The notes under the pieces: model-generated | What the model saw: the letters and a program-made list of their open reading frames with translations, nothing else | What the model was told of the DNA's origin: nothing | Database searches by the model: none | DNA from: Saccostrea echinata | Taxonomy: Eukaryota | Direction of reading: 5' to 3' | DNA: 64,000 nt | NCBI RefSeq assembly: GCF_033153115.1 | Contig: NW_026889758.1 | Coordinates: 53,568,001 to 53,632,000, forward strand | Translations under genes and position numbers: made by a program | In this document: piece after piece, positions 1-12,860 of the stretch | Layout: every line of letters starts with the position of its first letter | How positions within the stretch are numbered: the first letter of the stretch is position 1

Positions 1-3000
1 TTGAATAATTTGGGTTGTTTAATTTAAATATGTTACAAAAAATGAATTGTAATAAATAGTTTTGAAGTTAAAGGTTCTGACTGAACTTTTCTAAAAAGCT
101 GACGAGTGACATACCTTAAATCCAAAGCAAGCTAGCATGTACATGTAGGTGTCCCCTACCAATATTGACTAGTATATTATCACACCACATCTAAATGTCA
201 TTTGCAAAGTAGTGATAAGTATTATTTAGAAAAATTAAGAAAATCAATTTGCTTGAAAAAAAAAAATCCCTACCTATCTACCCTAATTCTTTTGGAGGTG
301 TAACCGGAACCACACATATTTTTTTGTTTGGCCTAAGGAAAAATTAATGCTTTTCCGGGCAAAGGGGTACATTTTATTCATAAGTATTGCTATGTGTAAC
401 AGATTATAATTTAGCAATAAATTTTAGGTAAATAAACTGGGTTTACCCTACGCTGGATTTTATTTCTTCAGCAAACTGTTGATTTTGTTTACAAGATAGA
501 GGACTATCGTTACTACTTTAAACTTATAGCTTTGAAAAAGTTAAATTTAAAAATATAATGACCGGAAAAACTGCCAATACCATACGACTCTCATAAGAAA
601 ATGCTCAAACTCAGCTGTTTAAATAAAAATTAATTCGTTCCTTTGGTTTGTTTTGATTATTTAATCTTGATACACAAAATCTGATTATTTATTTTACTAT
701 ATTCACTTACTTTTTTATGCTTTTCCACGTCTGTGTCGTAAGCAGCCATGTTTTTTCGTTCCAAGTCGACACGCCCTTTAAATCTTCCAACTTCTTCTTT
801 TGCACCTTGCATAAAAAGAAAAAAAACAATATTTTCCTCATAGAACGTGAACACACAGGTGTTTTAAACGAAAAAGAAAATATAAAACCAAAAAAAAAAT
901 GCAAATAGACTTACAATGAATGAGAGATTTTCACCCAATTCAAAACTCCAAAGAGATGATAACACCCGATTGAGCCAACGGCGTGTGACTTCTTAGGTTT
1001 ATAGAATATATATAACCCTTTTTTCAGGTCTTTCTTGTTCTATAGAAAGTCAGCCAGGCATGCAATAACAAAACGTTTAAACCCCCCTTTCTTATGTAGG
1101 TTCACCTTATTGAACTGTGTTCATACATTGAAGTATTTACCTACATTAGACTTTGTTTACTCTTTTTGCATTAGGAATTGAAATTGTTGTGTTTAAAGTG
1201 CATTATTATCTTTCAGAAATACTATATTGCACATGCATAATTGTCAAGGGAATGCGTTAAGTTTTTGATGAAAAAAAAGTCAAGATTGAAGTGCAGCGTA
1301 ACATGTGAAAACAAATTGAGATTTGCTGAAATTAAATGTACACAAATAATCATTTCAAAACGGAAAATTTCAAGAACATTTGTTTAGATAGAGATTAAGG
1401 AATGAATAAAAATAAAGCGCTTGTTGCCAAAAACACTTTGGATTTTAAGTCTTTACGAACAAAACATGGAGACTCATTGACTTTGAAATATCCATCCAAA
1501 TTACTCATGACTCTCTCAAAAAAAGCTATAAATGTGAATTCCTTATTGAATCAAAAGTCAAAACACATCATTGGAAAACATCTCTTTTTGATGACCGAAT
1601 TATGTTCAATTAGTTTAATACAGCCCGACATTAAAGAGCAGCAACATTGGTACAACTTGTTCTCTACCTTTAAGTAAGGACGAACACTTTATGCCATATC
1701 TTAAATATGTAAAACAAAACAGTATTCAATTCTTTCATTTATTATGAATTAGGTTGGCTGTTTTATAAATTGTAACTCGTTTAGCTCATAAAGAACCCCG
1801 TTTCAAAAATATCTATAAACACTGAATAATTAGCAGGCTAAGTGTCGCCATATTGTACTCCCATTTGCGGATACATTTTTTATTAACAATTTTGAAAATT
1901 CTTTTCTTTTAAAACCAGTACCACCATTAATATATATCTGCAGTTTATAACAAGGTTTTGAAGCAAGAACTTTTTCAGCAACATTTACAGTTGATCTGTA
2001 GACTGTTCAATAAATCTGTACAACAATTCTGACCAGTGTTTGTCCGTCAAGTGACAGTGACAGTCGGCATTGACCTGTAATCCATGTAAAGTCCCATAGA
2101 CCATTAATGATAAAGTTGAATTTCAAATTCCTGGACTATCATTGAAAAATGTCTTCAAGTAAGTTCTAACTTGCCCAAGTCTTTCTGGACAACTAAACAT
2201 TGTAGAAACTTCAAATTCTCTAAATTTGCCTTGCAAATGGTCCAGCATTTATAGTCTTAATAAAAAGCTTACAGACATTTTATTACTTAGAGCTTTCATT
2301 ATGTTCGGCATCTGGTATACATCCAATGCAAATATAGATACTTGAAACTTGTTATAATCGTGACCCTTAGATCTCTCTTTTATAATCAATGCAAGCGTAA
2401 CAAGCCACTGTCTCTTTTTATTACATTGTACGCATAATATAAACTTTTATACATAACCTTTTTTTTTAATTTATTAAATCGAAATAAATTTCATTGAATT
2501 ATGATGTACATCTATTATATAGTGTATCATGCACAATTATATTCCGAAAAAAAATATTTCTTTGTCAAAGTACTGAATTACACGGTTATATAAAGATTAT
2601 TGAAAACTACCTGTGTCTTCCTTAATATACATGTAATTATATCGAAGATAGGGTGCTTTGAATATACCATACACACAAGGAAATGCGATACCAAATCCCG
2701 AACTTAATACCAACACTGGCATTCTTTGACCTTCGTGTTTGTAGAGGACATGAACAAAAAGTGCAGATATAAATTGTCATCACGAATATATATGAAATAT
2801 AACTTGGTTACCTATTTCTTTTTCGCCCCCAGATTAAAATAAAAGGTGGATTGTTTGTCTTTATGTCTGGCTCTTTTTTCTTTTATCCCTTTCTTCGTAA
2901 CGTTAACGTTGCTTATATTATATACATGTAATTAATATGTGAGTAAACAGCAACAATGCATGTAGAACCTATTTCATCAGATGGTAGCTTATATGTGTGC

Positions 3001-3816
3001 CTAGTAGGTGCGTTATTACCTTGAATGAAGGTCATTTGAACAAGGTCAAGGTAAAATGAATCGGGAATGTAAAATTCTTGGCATTTGTAATTTTCTTATA
3101 ATCAGAAGGTATGATATTACCTAGAATCAAGGTCAATTGAGGAGAGTTAAATATTTCCCTCAAACTACAGGACTTGTCCTTATTATTGTGTTTTTAAAAT
3201 TTTTTTAAAAATCGTTATCGTGTATTCAATCTCTCACCAGAGGGCGCGCTACTCAAGTTTACACCTCTGCCACTGATATTCTTGAGTAAAAGTAGTCCCT
3301 GACTCTTCCTTTTTCATTTGAGGAGGAAATTGTGTAATAAAAAATACATGTTAAAGTCTACCGGTGTTATATAGAGAGACGCCTTTTCCTCCGCAAATCT
3401 GACAAGTATGTATAATGACCCCCCCCCCAACCTCCGGAAGATTGGCTTTGTAGTGAGAGTTCTCCCAGGAAGTCTCACTATGCAGCCGTTTTTCCTGGGA
3501 GGAAAGACTAACTATATAGCGAGCTTCCCCCTCTTTTTTAGCGAGGTTTCCCCCTTTAGTTTCCGGAAATTAGCCCGGTGATTATTAAAAAATAATCATA
3601 TTATAAACCTATTTTTCGTATTGTAAATTTTGTTCTCACTTATCCAATAAGATCAATTTTTGCAATTTTATTTTGCTGCAAATAGTGGATCATCGAGGGA
3701 CACCCCCCCCCCCCCGCAAATGAAAAGGAGAACATAAGAAACAATGCTAGATAAGTACTTATGCATGCATTTATTTAATAACAATGTGTTTTTAAAAGTT
3801 GTGTCGAGTTATTTAT

Positions 3817-5295
3817 TACGAAAGCCTATTAGGATCAATCTATAGAGAAAAAAAATTTAATAGGCGTTATAACGCCTTTCAAAAAGGCGTAATAACGCGA
3901 AAAAAGGCGTAATAACGCGAAAAAAGGCGTTTTTAACGCCTTTTCAAAAGGCGTTATTACGCCTTTCTAAAAGGTGTTATTACGCCTTTCAAAAAGGCGT
4001 TATTACGCCTTTCTAAAAGGCGTTATTACGCCTTTTTCAAAAGGCGTTATTACGCCTTTCTAAAAGGCGTTATTACGCCTTTTCAAAAGGCGTTATTACG
4101 CCTTTTTCAAAAGGCGTTATTACGCCTTTCAAAAAAATGTTATTACGCCTTTCAAAAAGGCGTAATTACGCCTTTTATTTTCAATACTGACTAACTTAGC
4201 CCACTCCGGGGGCTGAAATCTTACCCTCGGGACATGAATTTTACAATTAAATATAGGGCTTATTTCTTCAAAAATAATTTAAAGATATTGTTATTAGATT
4301 TCCAGGGAAAATTTTTTTAAATGTGTAATACATTTTCAATGTTAAACCAACTTAGTCCTTCTCTGATGCCAGGCACCTATACCAAGGGTCATGGATTTCA
4401 CAAATTTGGTTGAAGGCTAATTGCTGCTCATTTTACCCATGCAAATAGTTTGCTTGCTTTTTTCCAAGAGGAGAGAAAAATGTTTTCAAAATTGACATGA
4501 ATTTTCAATACATGGCAAGCAAAGCCCCAAGCTGCATCTGCTTGTATCCTGGATTTCTACAAGAAGAGTGTTGACTTCTCTTAATACGCATGCAAACAGT
4601 TGTCTGCGAGATGTACAGGAATATAGAAAATACTTTTAAATATTGCATAAATAAAGATAGCTTTGATTCAATCTTTCAAGTATTTATTAATATAGAATAA
4701 CGCATTTTCATTTTGGGATATAAAACCTTTTCAAACAGGCCGTTAGTACGAGTGCAAATGGGGGTGGGGGTCTCCCACCACTTTTTTTTTTTTAGGAGAA
4801 GAGTCTTGCTATAGTTTAAATATAAAAATTCATTTATTGGCTTTGGTCCCTGAACATTTTGTTGCAGTATGATCAAACTCTGGAAAATAATTGCATTTTA
4901 AAAAAAGTTTTACCGTAAAGTTATAAAAAGATCCCCGTCGAGTTTTAGGCAGTTTAGTATTGGGGGGGGGGGGTGTTTCTTGTTTTTTGTTTGCTTGTCA
5001 ATTTTTTGGGAGGTTGTTCCCCCCCCCTTTTCATAAACACGGGCCTGTCAAAGGCATAATAATGGCTCTTCAAAAGGCGTAATAACGCCTTTAAGAAAGA
5101 GGTAATAACGCCTTTTGAAAAGGCGTTATAACGCCTTTTAGAAAGGCGTAATAACGCCTTTTAGAAAGGCGTTATAACGCCTTTTAGAAAGGCGTAATAA
5201 CGCCTTTTAGAAAGGCGTAATAACGCCTTTTGAAAAGGCGTTATAACGCCTTTTAAATTTTTTTCTCCATAGATTGATCCTAATAGGCTTTCGTA
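3817..5295. mobile_element. Non-autonomous DNA transposon with ~40-bp TIRs, 6-bp TSD and subterminal palindromic arrays (IS3EU-like termini)
   Basis: TIR TACGAAAGCCTATTAGGATCAATCTAT(A/G)GAGAAAAAAA starts at 3817 and its reverse complement ends at 5295. ATTTAT flanks both sides. Arrays of ~20-22-bp AAAAGGCGTTATTACGCCTTTT units lie at ~3860-4175 and ~5070-5255. Confidence 0.85.
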
Positions 5296-5927
5296 ATTTA
5301 TTACCCTTTTTTATTTAAAAATTTCTTATGTAAAGATGAATTCCAGGGGATACCTAACATGAATGCACCTCATTGTCCCACTGATAACCATTTATGAAGC
5401 CAAAAGAACTCGTTTTTTTTAAGTATCCGAAATATGAAACCATCGTGCACTACCTAAAAAAGACAAGACAACATTTTTTTTAAGTAAATGGTTCATACAT
5501 GACAGCACAGGTTTAAAACACCAGTACACATAAATGTTTTAAAAAGGTTAACATTTAATTTTTTATGCGTTATCGTTCAGTGATACTTTAAAAAGGTACT
5601 GGCATTTTAGATTTGATCTTCAAGTATACACAGAATGATATTACATTGTAAATCAGCATGACTTGTTATGCAATCTTTGTTATCTGCTTACGCCATAATA
5701 AAAAAAAAATCTCAATACTTCAAAATGCTCGGTTCAGGGTCAGCTATGAAGGGATCCAGATAAAGCTGTGCATAGTTAAAAATTACGAGAACCAAATGCA
5801 CTAAAAATTATTATAACCATGTACAATACCATTCTGAGCCTGTTATTCCAAAATTACTGTCTTCGTAAATATGATCCAGCTCTATCTTTTAATTAATTAT
5901 ATTTTAATTGTTTGAGGACGCTTAAGA

Positions 5928-6080
5928 CTTATATAGTATACAGGTTTGGTGCTGATAAAAGGTGACAAAATATTTGCATAAATATGATCCCGATTGCCAC
6001 CAACGTTGTATGTACGCATTTCAAAGGGACATAATTTGAAATATCCAACTTTAGTAAGAAGGGACTTCATGAAAAAATAA
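5928..6080 (+). repeat. Partial copy of a local low-copy repeat (other copies from ~10024 and ~11258)
   Basis: acttatatagt...ggtttggtgctgat...gattgccaccaacg...tcaaagggacataatttga recurs at ~11258-11400. Its 3' part recurs from 10024. Confidence 0.8.
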
Positions 6081-6732
6081 GTTCAAACGTGGAAGGAGGG
6101 GGGGGGGGGCGCCGACGCTGAATCCGCATTTGATCTACCCTCATCGAGAACTAGGAGAAGACAGGTAGAAGGTTCCTCAGCCCAACTCTTTATTTTTTTT
6201 TCTACCTAAAAAACATAACTGGTATGACATTGATATACTTTCTCTCAATAAATTTGAGTTAACGCAAAATAGATGAAAAAATTGAGATAAGCTTTCCTGA
6301 AAAAAAAAAAAATAAACCCCATTATATTTTTTTAGTGGAAAAATTATAATTGCTTCCTTTTCCCTAGGAAAAATGCGATGCTTTAAGTCACTTATCGACC
6401 CTACATCTACCAAACTTATTACAGACGGTATAAAATAAAGAAAGAAAACGAAATTGTGCTATTAAACAATCATGAAACAATCCTCCATTATTTCCAAAAG
6501 ACCCATTTCCCTTTTATAACATTTACGAGAACCTTTGGGAGCAAGACAATTCCTAAAAATCATTAAAACGTCTATATCTCAGATCCTGAAGCGACGTCAT
6601 CACCGAAAAATTACATATGTATCCAAACGGATTTAGATAATTATTTATCATACCTAAAATTTGCAAGAGTATTGACCATTCGTGCACATTTATTTTTTCA
6701 AAGTGCGTTAATATGGTCGTTATTAACGCACT

Positions 6733-7674
6733 TTGGAAAGAAATATATCTTTTCAAAGTGCGTTAATTTTGAGTTTATTTGTAGAGCTTAATGCTCATCT
6801 AGCGCGTGATACTAGGAGGTCTCATGCTCTTCCTCCACCACTGCAAATCATGGTGGCACTCAGGTTTTATGCCAGTGGGAACTTTCAAACTGTCACTGGT
6901 GATCTTCATGGCATAAGCAAAGCTAGTGTTTCAAGAGTAGTAAATGCTGTATCATCAGCTCTAGTAACTTTGAGTTCACATTATATAAAATTTCCACAGG
7001 ACGATAGAAGTATAAATAACACCATACTTGGCTTTTCTCGCATTGCAAATTTTCCTAACGTCATTGGAGCGATAGATGGAACTCATATTCCAATTAGAGC
7101 CCCGAAAAATGACGAGCATCTGTTTGTTAACAGAAAAAATTTTCATTCTATAAATGTAATGGCAGTTTGTGATTCCAGGACACAATTTACTAACATAGTT
7201 GCCAAGTGGCCTGGTTCATCACACGATGCTTTTGTGTGGACAAATTCAACACTTAGTGATCTTTTTGAAAATGGATATATTAGAAGAGGTTGGTTGCTTG
7301 GGGACAGTGCATACCCTCTGAAAAATTATCTGATGACACCAGTCCTTAACCCAAGCAATCCCCGTGAATTAGCTTACAACGATGCGCATGCTAAGACGAG
7401 AAACCCTATTGAAAGAAGCTTCGGAGTGCTTAAAATGCGCTTTCGCTGCATTGATCATTCTGGTGGAACGCTTCTGTTTCATCCAACAAGAGCATGTAGA
7501 ATTGTGACTGCCTGTGTTGTTCTGCACAACTTGTGCACTGATCACAATGTTCCGGTGCCACAAGCACAAAATCCTGGGGCATATCAACTTAGTCCACCAG
7601 ATAACTACGTCTATCAAGGACCCAATAATGACGGAGCCGAGATCCGCCAAAGATTGATTCTCTCTAGATTTTAA
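6733..7674 (+). CDS. PIF/Harbinger transposase (HARBI1-like DDE_Tnp_4), apparently 5'-truncated
   Basis: Motifs RSHAL..LQIMVALRFYASG, IGAIDGTHI, WPGSSHDA, LLGDSAYP, RNPIERSFGVLKMRFRC and VLHN. The DDE residues are present. The ORF begins at a TTG and lacks the usual N-terminal stretch. Confidence 0.93.
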   Translation: MERNISFQSALILSLFVELNAHLARDTRRSHALPPPLQIMVALRFYASGNFQTVTGDLHGISKASVSRVVNAVSSALVTLSSHYIKFPQDDRSINNTILGFSRIANFPNVIGAIDGTHIPIRAPKNDEHLFVNRKNFHSINVMAVCDSRTQFTNIVAKWPGSSHDAFVWTNSTLSDLFENGYIRRGWLLGDSAYPLKNYLMTPVLNPSNPRELAYNDAHAKTRNPIERSFGVLKMRFRCIDHSGGTLLFHPTRACRIVTACVVLHNLCTDHNVPVPQAQNPGAYQLSPPDNYVYQGPNNDGAEIRQRLILSRF

Positions 7675-10021
7675 GGTCGCACCACCAAAAAAAATTGTGC
7701 ATTCATGAAATATGGTGCCGTTTTCATTTTATGTATTTAGTAAGCATGGATTCGGAACCAAATACACATTAATATTTATTAGAAATATTTTGTTTATCTG
7801 TATATTATCCAACTGTTTGTGAAATGGGGAGGAGTGATAGAAGGTGATTTGGTTTTTATAAAATATTGGTAACTTTTATAAAAAGCGTTTGATGTCCAAT
7901 TTTCCAATGCTCATAGTAAAATAATAAAGTGTTCAAGTTATCGAGAACAAAAGTAAAATCCATCTACAAGGTTGGTCCCTTGACCCACAACTTTCAAAAT
8001 TAAAATTCTATTATGCAGCAGCTGCTTACATACAATAATTGTTATTAATTATACCCTCTATCAAATAATTTTTAACACCAAATTTTGATGGAACAATTTT
8101 TGAACATCACCTTTAGCGATTGTGAATTTGTTCTGTATCAAGATTGTTGTGATTGTAATGAGCACAAAAATAAATAACATGCAGTAAATTGAACACATTT
8201 CTAGAGATTTCTTATTTATTTTCAGAGGGGGTGTTGACTGTTACTGTAGCGTCACGAACGATTCCCAGCTGACACAGGTGAAGAGCATGTTGTTCACGTT
8301 GTATTTGTAGTTCTTCAACTTTCAGTCGTTTTTCCTCCATTTCTAATCTTTTTTTCTCAACAACCAGCCTCTCTTCCTCTGTTGCAACTAGTCTCAATGT
8401 TATGTCATCATTACAAGAATCTTTGAGCGTTTCTTTGCTGGCTCTACATGTACATCGGGAAGTCTTTTTTCTGTAAACAAAATTTATATTATACAATCAG
8501 AAATACGAAGTTCATGTAAACAAAATCGCGAAACTTTTTTTTTCGTAAAATATATTAAAACATTAATTTTGTTATTTTATCTCAATTTCAAAATTTACAT
8601 GGAGTATTATAAAATGGTGAATAAATGACATATTTGTTTTCTCTTCATGCTAAATAATTGTATGAAGAATTAATAAAACTACAAAATATCAGACAAAAAA
8701 TTATCACTCAAAGTTGCATACGACTTTCCTTATAGTGTAGAGCATACCCACCTCTGTAGAAAAAAAAATCAAACACTATGTATCCTCTCGTACCTTTGTA
8801 AGACATCTCACTTCAGTGCTATTTATTATTCACTATTTACAGGATTGGTGAAATAGACCAAGTAGTTTTAGGAACACCCCCCTTTCACCGGGAAGTCTAA
8901 TGAGTATCACCCTTAAACCTACCATTTACAGCATCTGTGCTCTTGCTTGGTGACGTTTCCCTGGCCGACTCTGTCTCTAAAACGTCAATGCCCCCCTCAA
9001 TTCCCGAAATTGAGGTTTCCCCGATGATACCTTCTATTTTCTCATCTATTGGTCTTAAGGCGGCCCCTGATGGCAAGGATCCTCCCCCTCTCTTTTTTTG
9101 CTCCCTCCTGTTTAGTGCCAACTTCTTTCTGCTTTCGCTGCTCAAGCAGGTCCACTTCTTTTTCATTTCTTCTCCGGACCTGATGTGATCTGTAGTATTT
9201 ACAGCATTTACCTTGGTGGCTATTTTGTTCCATGTTTCCTTCTTCAAAGAATTGGAAACTGTTGAATTTTGCCTGGAAAATAGAATGTCTTTTCCTTTCT
9301 CCACTTCATCTGTTAACACAGTTATCTCAGCAGAGCTAAAATTTGGGCATCTTTTCAGAGACATTTTCTTACTAGAATTTTTTCTGAGCGCACGGACTTC
9401 GTACCCGTTTTGTGGACACAGATGAATGCATTAGAATACCATTCATTTCGTGTATACAAGCGCAAATGGGGTGGTGGATCAAATTTAAAGTAAATTCATA
9501 TGAAATATTTAACAATTCAAATTAAACATAATTAACTTTTATTTTATCAACAAACACAAATACTTTTTGTCACACAATTTTCTCATTCGAATTAATTCAT
9601 ACATAATCATGGCACAATTAGCATTATTGACTCTGCTCCTACATCCCCCGCCCCACCAAAAATTTGAACATTGTACATGTATTTGGTACATTGAAATTTT
9701 ATTTTCGAGCGTTTAACTCCTTTACAATATTTAAGATACACTTTTTTAAAAACAAAATTAAGAAAAAAAATAACATATCAGTGATTTGATTGGAAGAAAA
9801 CTTAACATCGAGCAAGAATATTTTTATTTTAATTTTTTATACAATTTCCTATAAAATTGTAGCATGAGATATATCTTAAGACTTGTCTTAAGATTTCTAC
9901 TACTTAAGATAGTTTTGTGAAACAGCTGTGACAGATGTTATGATTGTCGTAAGTCAGATCTTAAGATTGTCTTAAGATCTGTCTTAGGACAAATCTTAAG
10001 ATAGTTTTGTGAAACGCGCCC
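6765..10021. mobile_element. Harbinger DNA transposon, right end present, left end missing
   Basis: Convergent transposase and Myb genes. The terminus ...CTTAAGATAGTTTTGTGAAACGCGCCC has subterminal CTTAAG repeats (9870-10021) and is followed by CAG, a CWG-type target. No matching left TIR was seen. Confidence 0.8.
8212..9364 (-). CDS. Myb/SANT-like DNA-binding protein, the second gene of the Harbinger element (spliced, possibly frameshifted)
   Basis: Exon 9364-~8923 reads KRCPNFSSAEITVL...W..IA..VNAV...RS.EE.KKKW (Myb_DNA-bind_5 pattern). The 3' exon ~8470-8212 encodes a coiled coil (EEERLVVEKKRLEMEEKRL). The exon phases do not join cleanly. Confidence 0.85.
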
Positions 10022-10023
10022 CA

Positions 10024-12860
10024 GATTACCACCAACGTTGTAAGTACGCACTTCAAAGGGACATAATTTGAGTTGTCTAACTTTACAAGAAGTGACTTTA
10101 TGCAAATTTTTAAACATTATGCCCAAGTGCAGAAACAATGGTATAAAATTGCCATGTACAAAAAATGGTTGTGGGGTAACAAGTCCTTTACCGTTACAGG
10201 TAAATAATTTGTGCTTCTTTGACAGAAAGCTACCAACTGCAATGCACTCTTCCATCGTATTTTGTAATGTATTGCAATGCAATGTGTTGGACAACGTTCT
10301 TAACTGTAAATTCTCTTTCAGTAGTGTAAGAGTTCTTTCGATCGTTTTATTCGTTATATGATGCTTAATTCAAGGGAGTGTACATGTATGTATGTATTAT
10401 GCTGACTCTGCAAATGGGTTTTGAAAATGCTGGTTGATTCCTGGCTTGCAAATGAGTCAATTTTGTCAATAATTACCAGAAGTGCGTCATCTAACTGTAA
10501 ACCAAGGTTATTTGAATACACCTACCATAGTGCGATAGATAATACATAGAATTTTTTTTTTGATTGATCAGTTTTTCAAGAATTAATATTTAATAGAGAG
10601 AGGGGTGAATTTTAGTTGATATTGCTCCTTTTTCAAGTTTTATATACTTCTGAATCTTAGATACTGATGAATTAAGTTAAATTACCTCGCAGTCTTATAT
10701 TCAGAATGTATTGATAAACTGGCAACAAGCAATATGATTAATGCTCATTGTTTCATTTATGTACTTTATCTATTTGAGTAATCTTAAATACATTGTAATT
10801 ACTCATCTCAGAATTTTAATTGTTGCAAAATTGTATCTCAAACTTTTGGCCTTGACTTACATGGAAATGACAAAATAGTTGGTTTTATATGATAAGATTT
10901 TCAGTGGACATCCATGCAAGTAAAAAACAAACCTACATTCTAACGATTCAATACATACCGGTATTCATTGATGAGATAAACTCACTCTTCTAATCCGTCT
11001 CCCTTTTCATATTGTTAACTGATAGCTGGTTACCTTTATTGGGACGCTAAAGAATTCTGTTTCGTACATTGATTAATCTAAGAATTTTAATTGTTCAAAA
11101 TCTTTGCATATTGCGCATAATACCAAAATGGTGAATTTTGATAGAATAAGATTTCATTTGAAACCTTTATAAATAATCAAAAAAAAAATGTGTCTAACGT
11201 TTAGTATATGATGATAGAACCTCACTCTATCATTAAATTATTTTTCCCACCCATATACTTATATAGTGCATAGGTTTGGTGCTGATTAAAGGTGACCAAA
11301 TATTTGCATAAATATGACCCCGATTGCCACCAACGTGGTATGTTCGCATTTCAAAGGGACATAATTTGAGTTGTCTAACTTTATAAGAAGTGACTTAATG
11401 CAAATTTTAAAAAATTATGCCCAAATGCAAACAATATTTATATAAAATAGATATGTACAAACGGTGGTGTTGGGGTACTAAATCCTTTACTGTTACAGGT
11501 AGAATATTTGTGTTTGTTTGACAGAAAGTTATCAATTGCAATGCACATTTCCATCTTGCATTGTATTGTATTGCAATGCAATGTGTTGCAATTTTCTTAC
11601 CTGTAAATTCTCTTCAAGTAGTACAAGAATTCTTGCGATCAATTTATTGGTTTTTCAAAACTAAATATTTGATACTCACAGAGAGAGAGAGAGAGAGAGA
11701 GAGGATAGAGAATTTTAGTTGATATTGCTCCTTTTTCAAGTTTTCTATACTTCTGAATCTGAAATACTAAACAATTAAGTTAAACTACCTCGCAATCTTA
11801 TACTCAGAATGTTTTGAAATAAACTGACGACAAGCAAAATAATTAATGCTCATTGTTTCATTTGTTCTCATCAATGAAAAACCGCTATGAATTGAATCAT
11901 TAGAATGTAGGTTTGTTTTTTACTTGCATGAACGTCCACTAAAAATCTTATTACATGAAAACCAACTATTTTGTCATTTCCTTGCAGATAACGGCCAAAA
12001 GCTTGAGATGCAATTTTGCGACAATTAAAATTCTGAGATGAATAATTACAATGTATTTAAGATTACTCAAATAGATAAAGTACATAAATGAAACTATGAG
12101 CATTAATTATTTTAAGTGTTTTATTTTCTCTTCTAACCCGTCTCCCTTTTCATTGTTAACTGATAGCTTTTTACCTGTACAGGACGATGTTATTCTCTAT
12201 AATGTTTAATCTAAGAATTTTAATTGTTGCAAAATTGCATTAGCATTATGAATTGCAATGCACACTTCCATTCTGTATTATATTGCGCTGCAATGTGTTG
12301 CAATCTTCGTAACTGTAAATTCTCTTCAAGTAGTACAAGAATTCTTGCAATCAATTTATTGGGTACTAGTATATGATGCTGAATTCATGGAAGTATATGC
12401 TTTATGCTGACTCTGCAAATGGGTTTTGAAACTTGAAAATGCTGGTTGATTCCTGGCTTGCAAATACATACAGGTATTATAATGAACATGTAATAGAAAA
12501 GGCTCAAAAGTCAGGTGCTCTACCAACCGAGCTATTTGGCCACTGGCGATAGAACCCGTCTGACCGCCAGACAGAATCTATTGGTAGATAATACATAGTG
12601 AATATTTTTATTTGATTGGTTTTTACAAAAATAAATAATTTTATACAATTAGAGAGATGGAGAGGTTTGAATTTTAGTTGATATTGCTCCTTCTCAAGTT
12701 TTATATATTTCAAATTCTGAATCTGAAATGCTAAACAATTAAGTTTTACCTTTCTATCTTATATACCCAGGTTGTTTGAATACGCTTATCATAATAGACA
12801 GAATCCCTCGATAGACAGTACATAGTGAATATTGTTATTTGATTGGTTTTACAAAACCAA
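10024..12860. repeat. Locally duplicated and rearranged non-coding block (2-3 partial copies, one internal inversion)
   Basis: 10024-~11120 resembles 11320-~12240. Sub-blocks recur again at ~12250-12460 and ~12585-12770. 10740-10980 is inverted at ~11860-12110. Confidence 0.8.
12505..12570 (-). mobile_element. tRNA-derived fragment (5' half with A box), SINE/retroelement remnant
   Basis: Minus strand reads GGCCAAATAGCTCGGTTGGTAGAGCACCTGACTTTT. There is no T-arm/B box and no 3' acceptor strand. Confidence 0.6.

Noticed and set aside
1400-2350. Possible minus-strand TLR/LRR pseudogene (DCHC..W-like segment and a hydrophobic stretch)
   Set aside because: Too many stops and no convincing motif series by eye; it would need a translated alignment.
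3860-5255. CRISPR-like palindromic repeats
   Set aside because: No spacers; the arrays are subterminal parts of a TIR/TSD-bounded transposon.
6733-9364. Domesticated HARBI1/NAIF1 host genes
   Set aside because: Both genes sit together beside a transposon terminus with subterminal repeats, which fits a transposon copy. No gene symbol assigned.
12505-12570. Functional tRNA-Lys gene
   Set aside because: Only the 5' half is present; there is no T-arm/B box or acceptor pairing.
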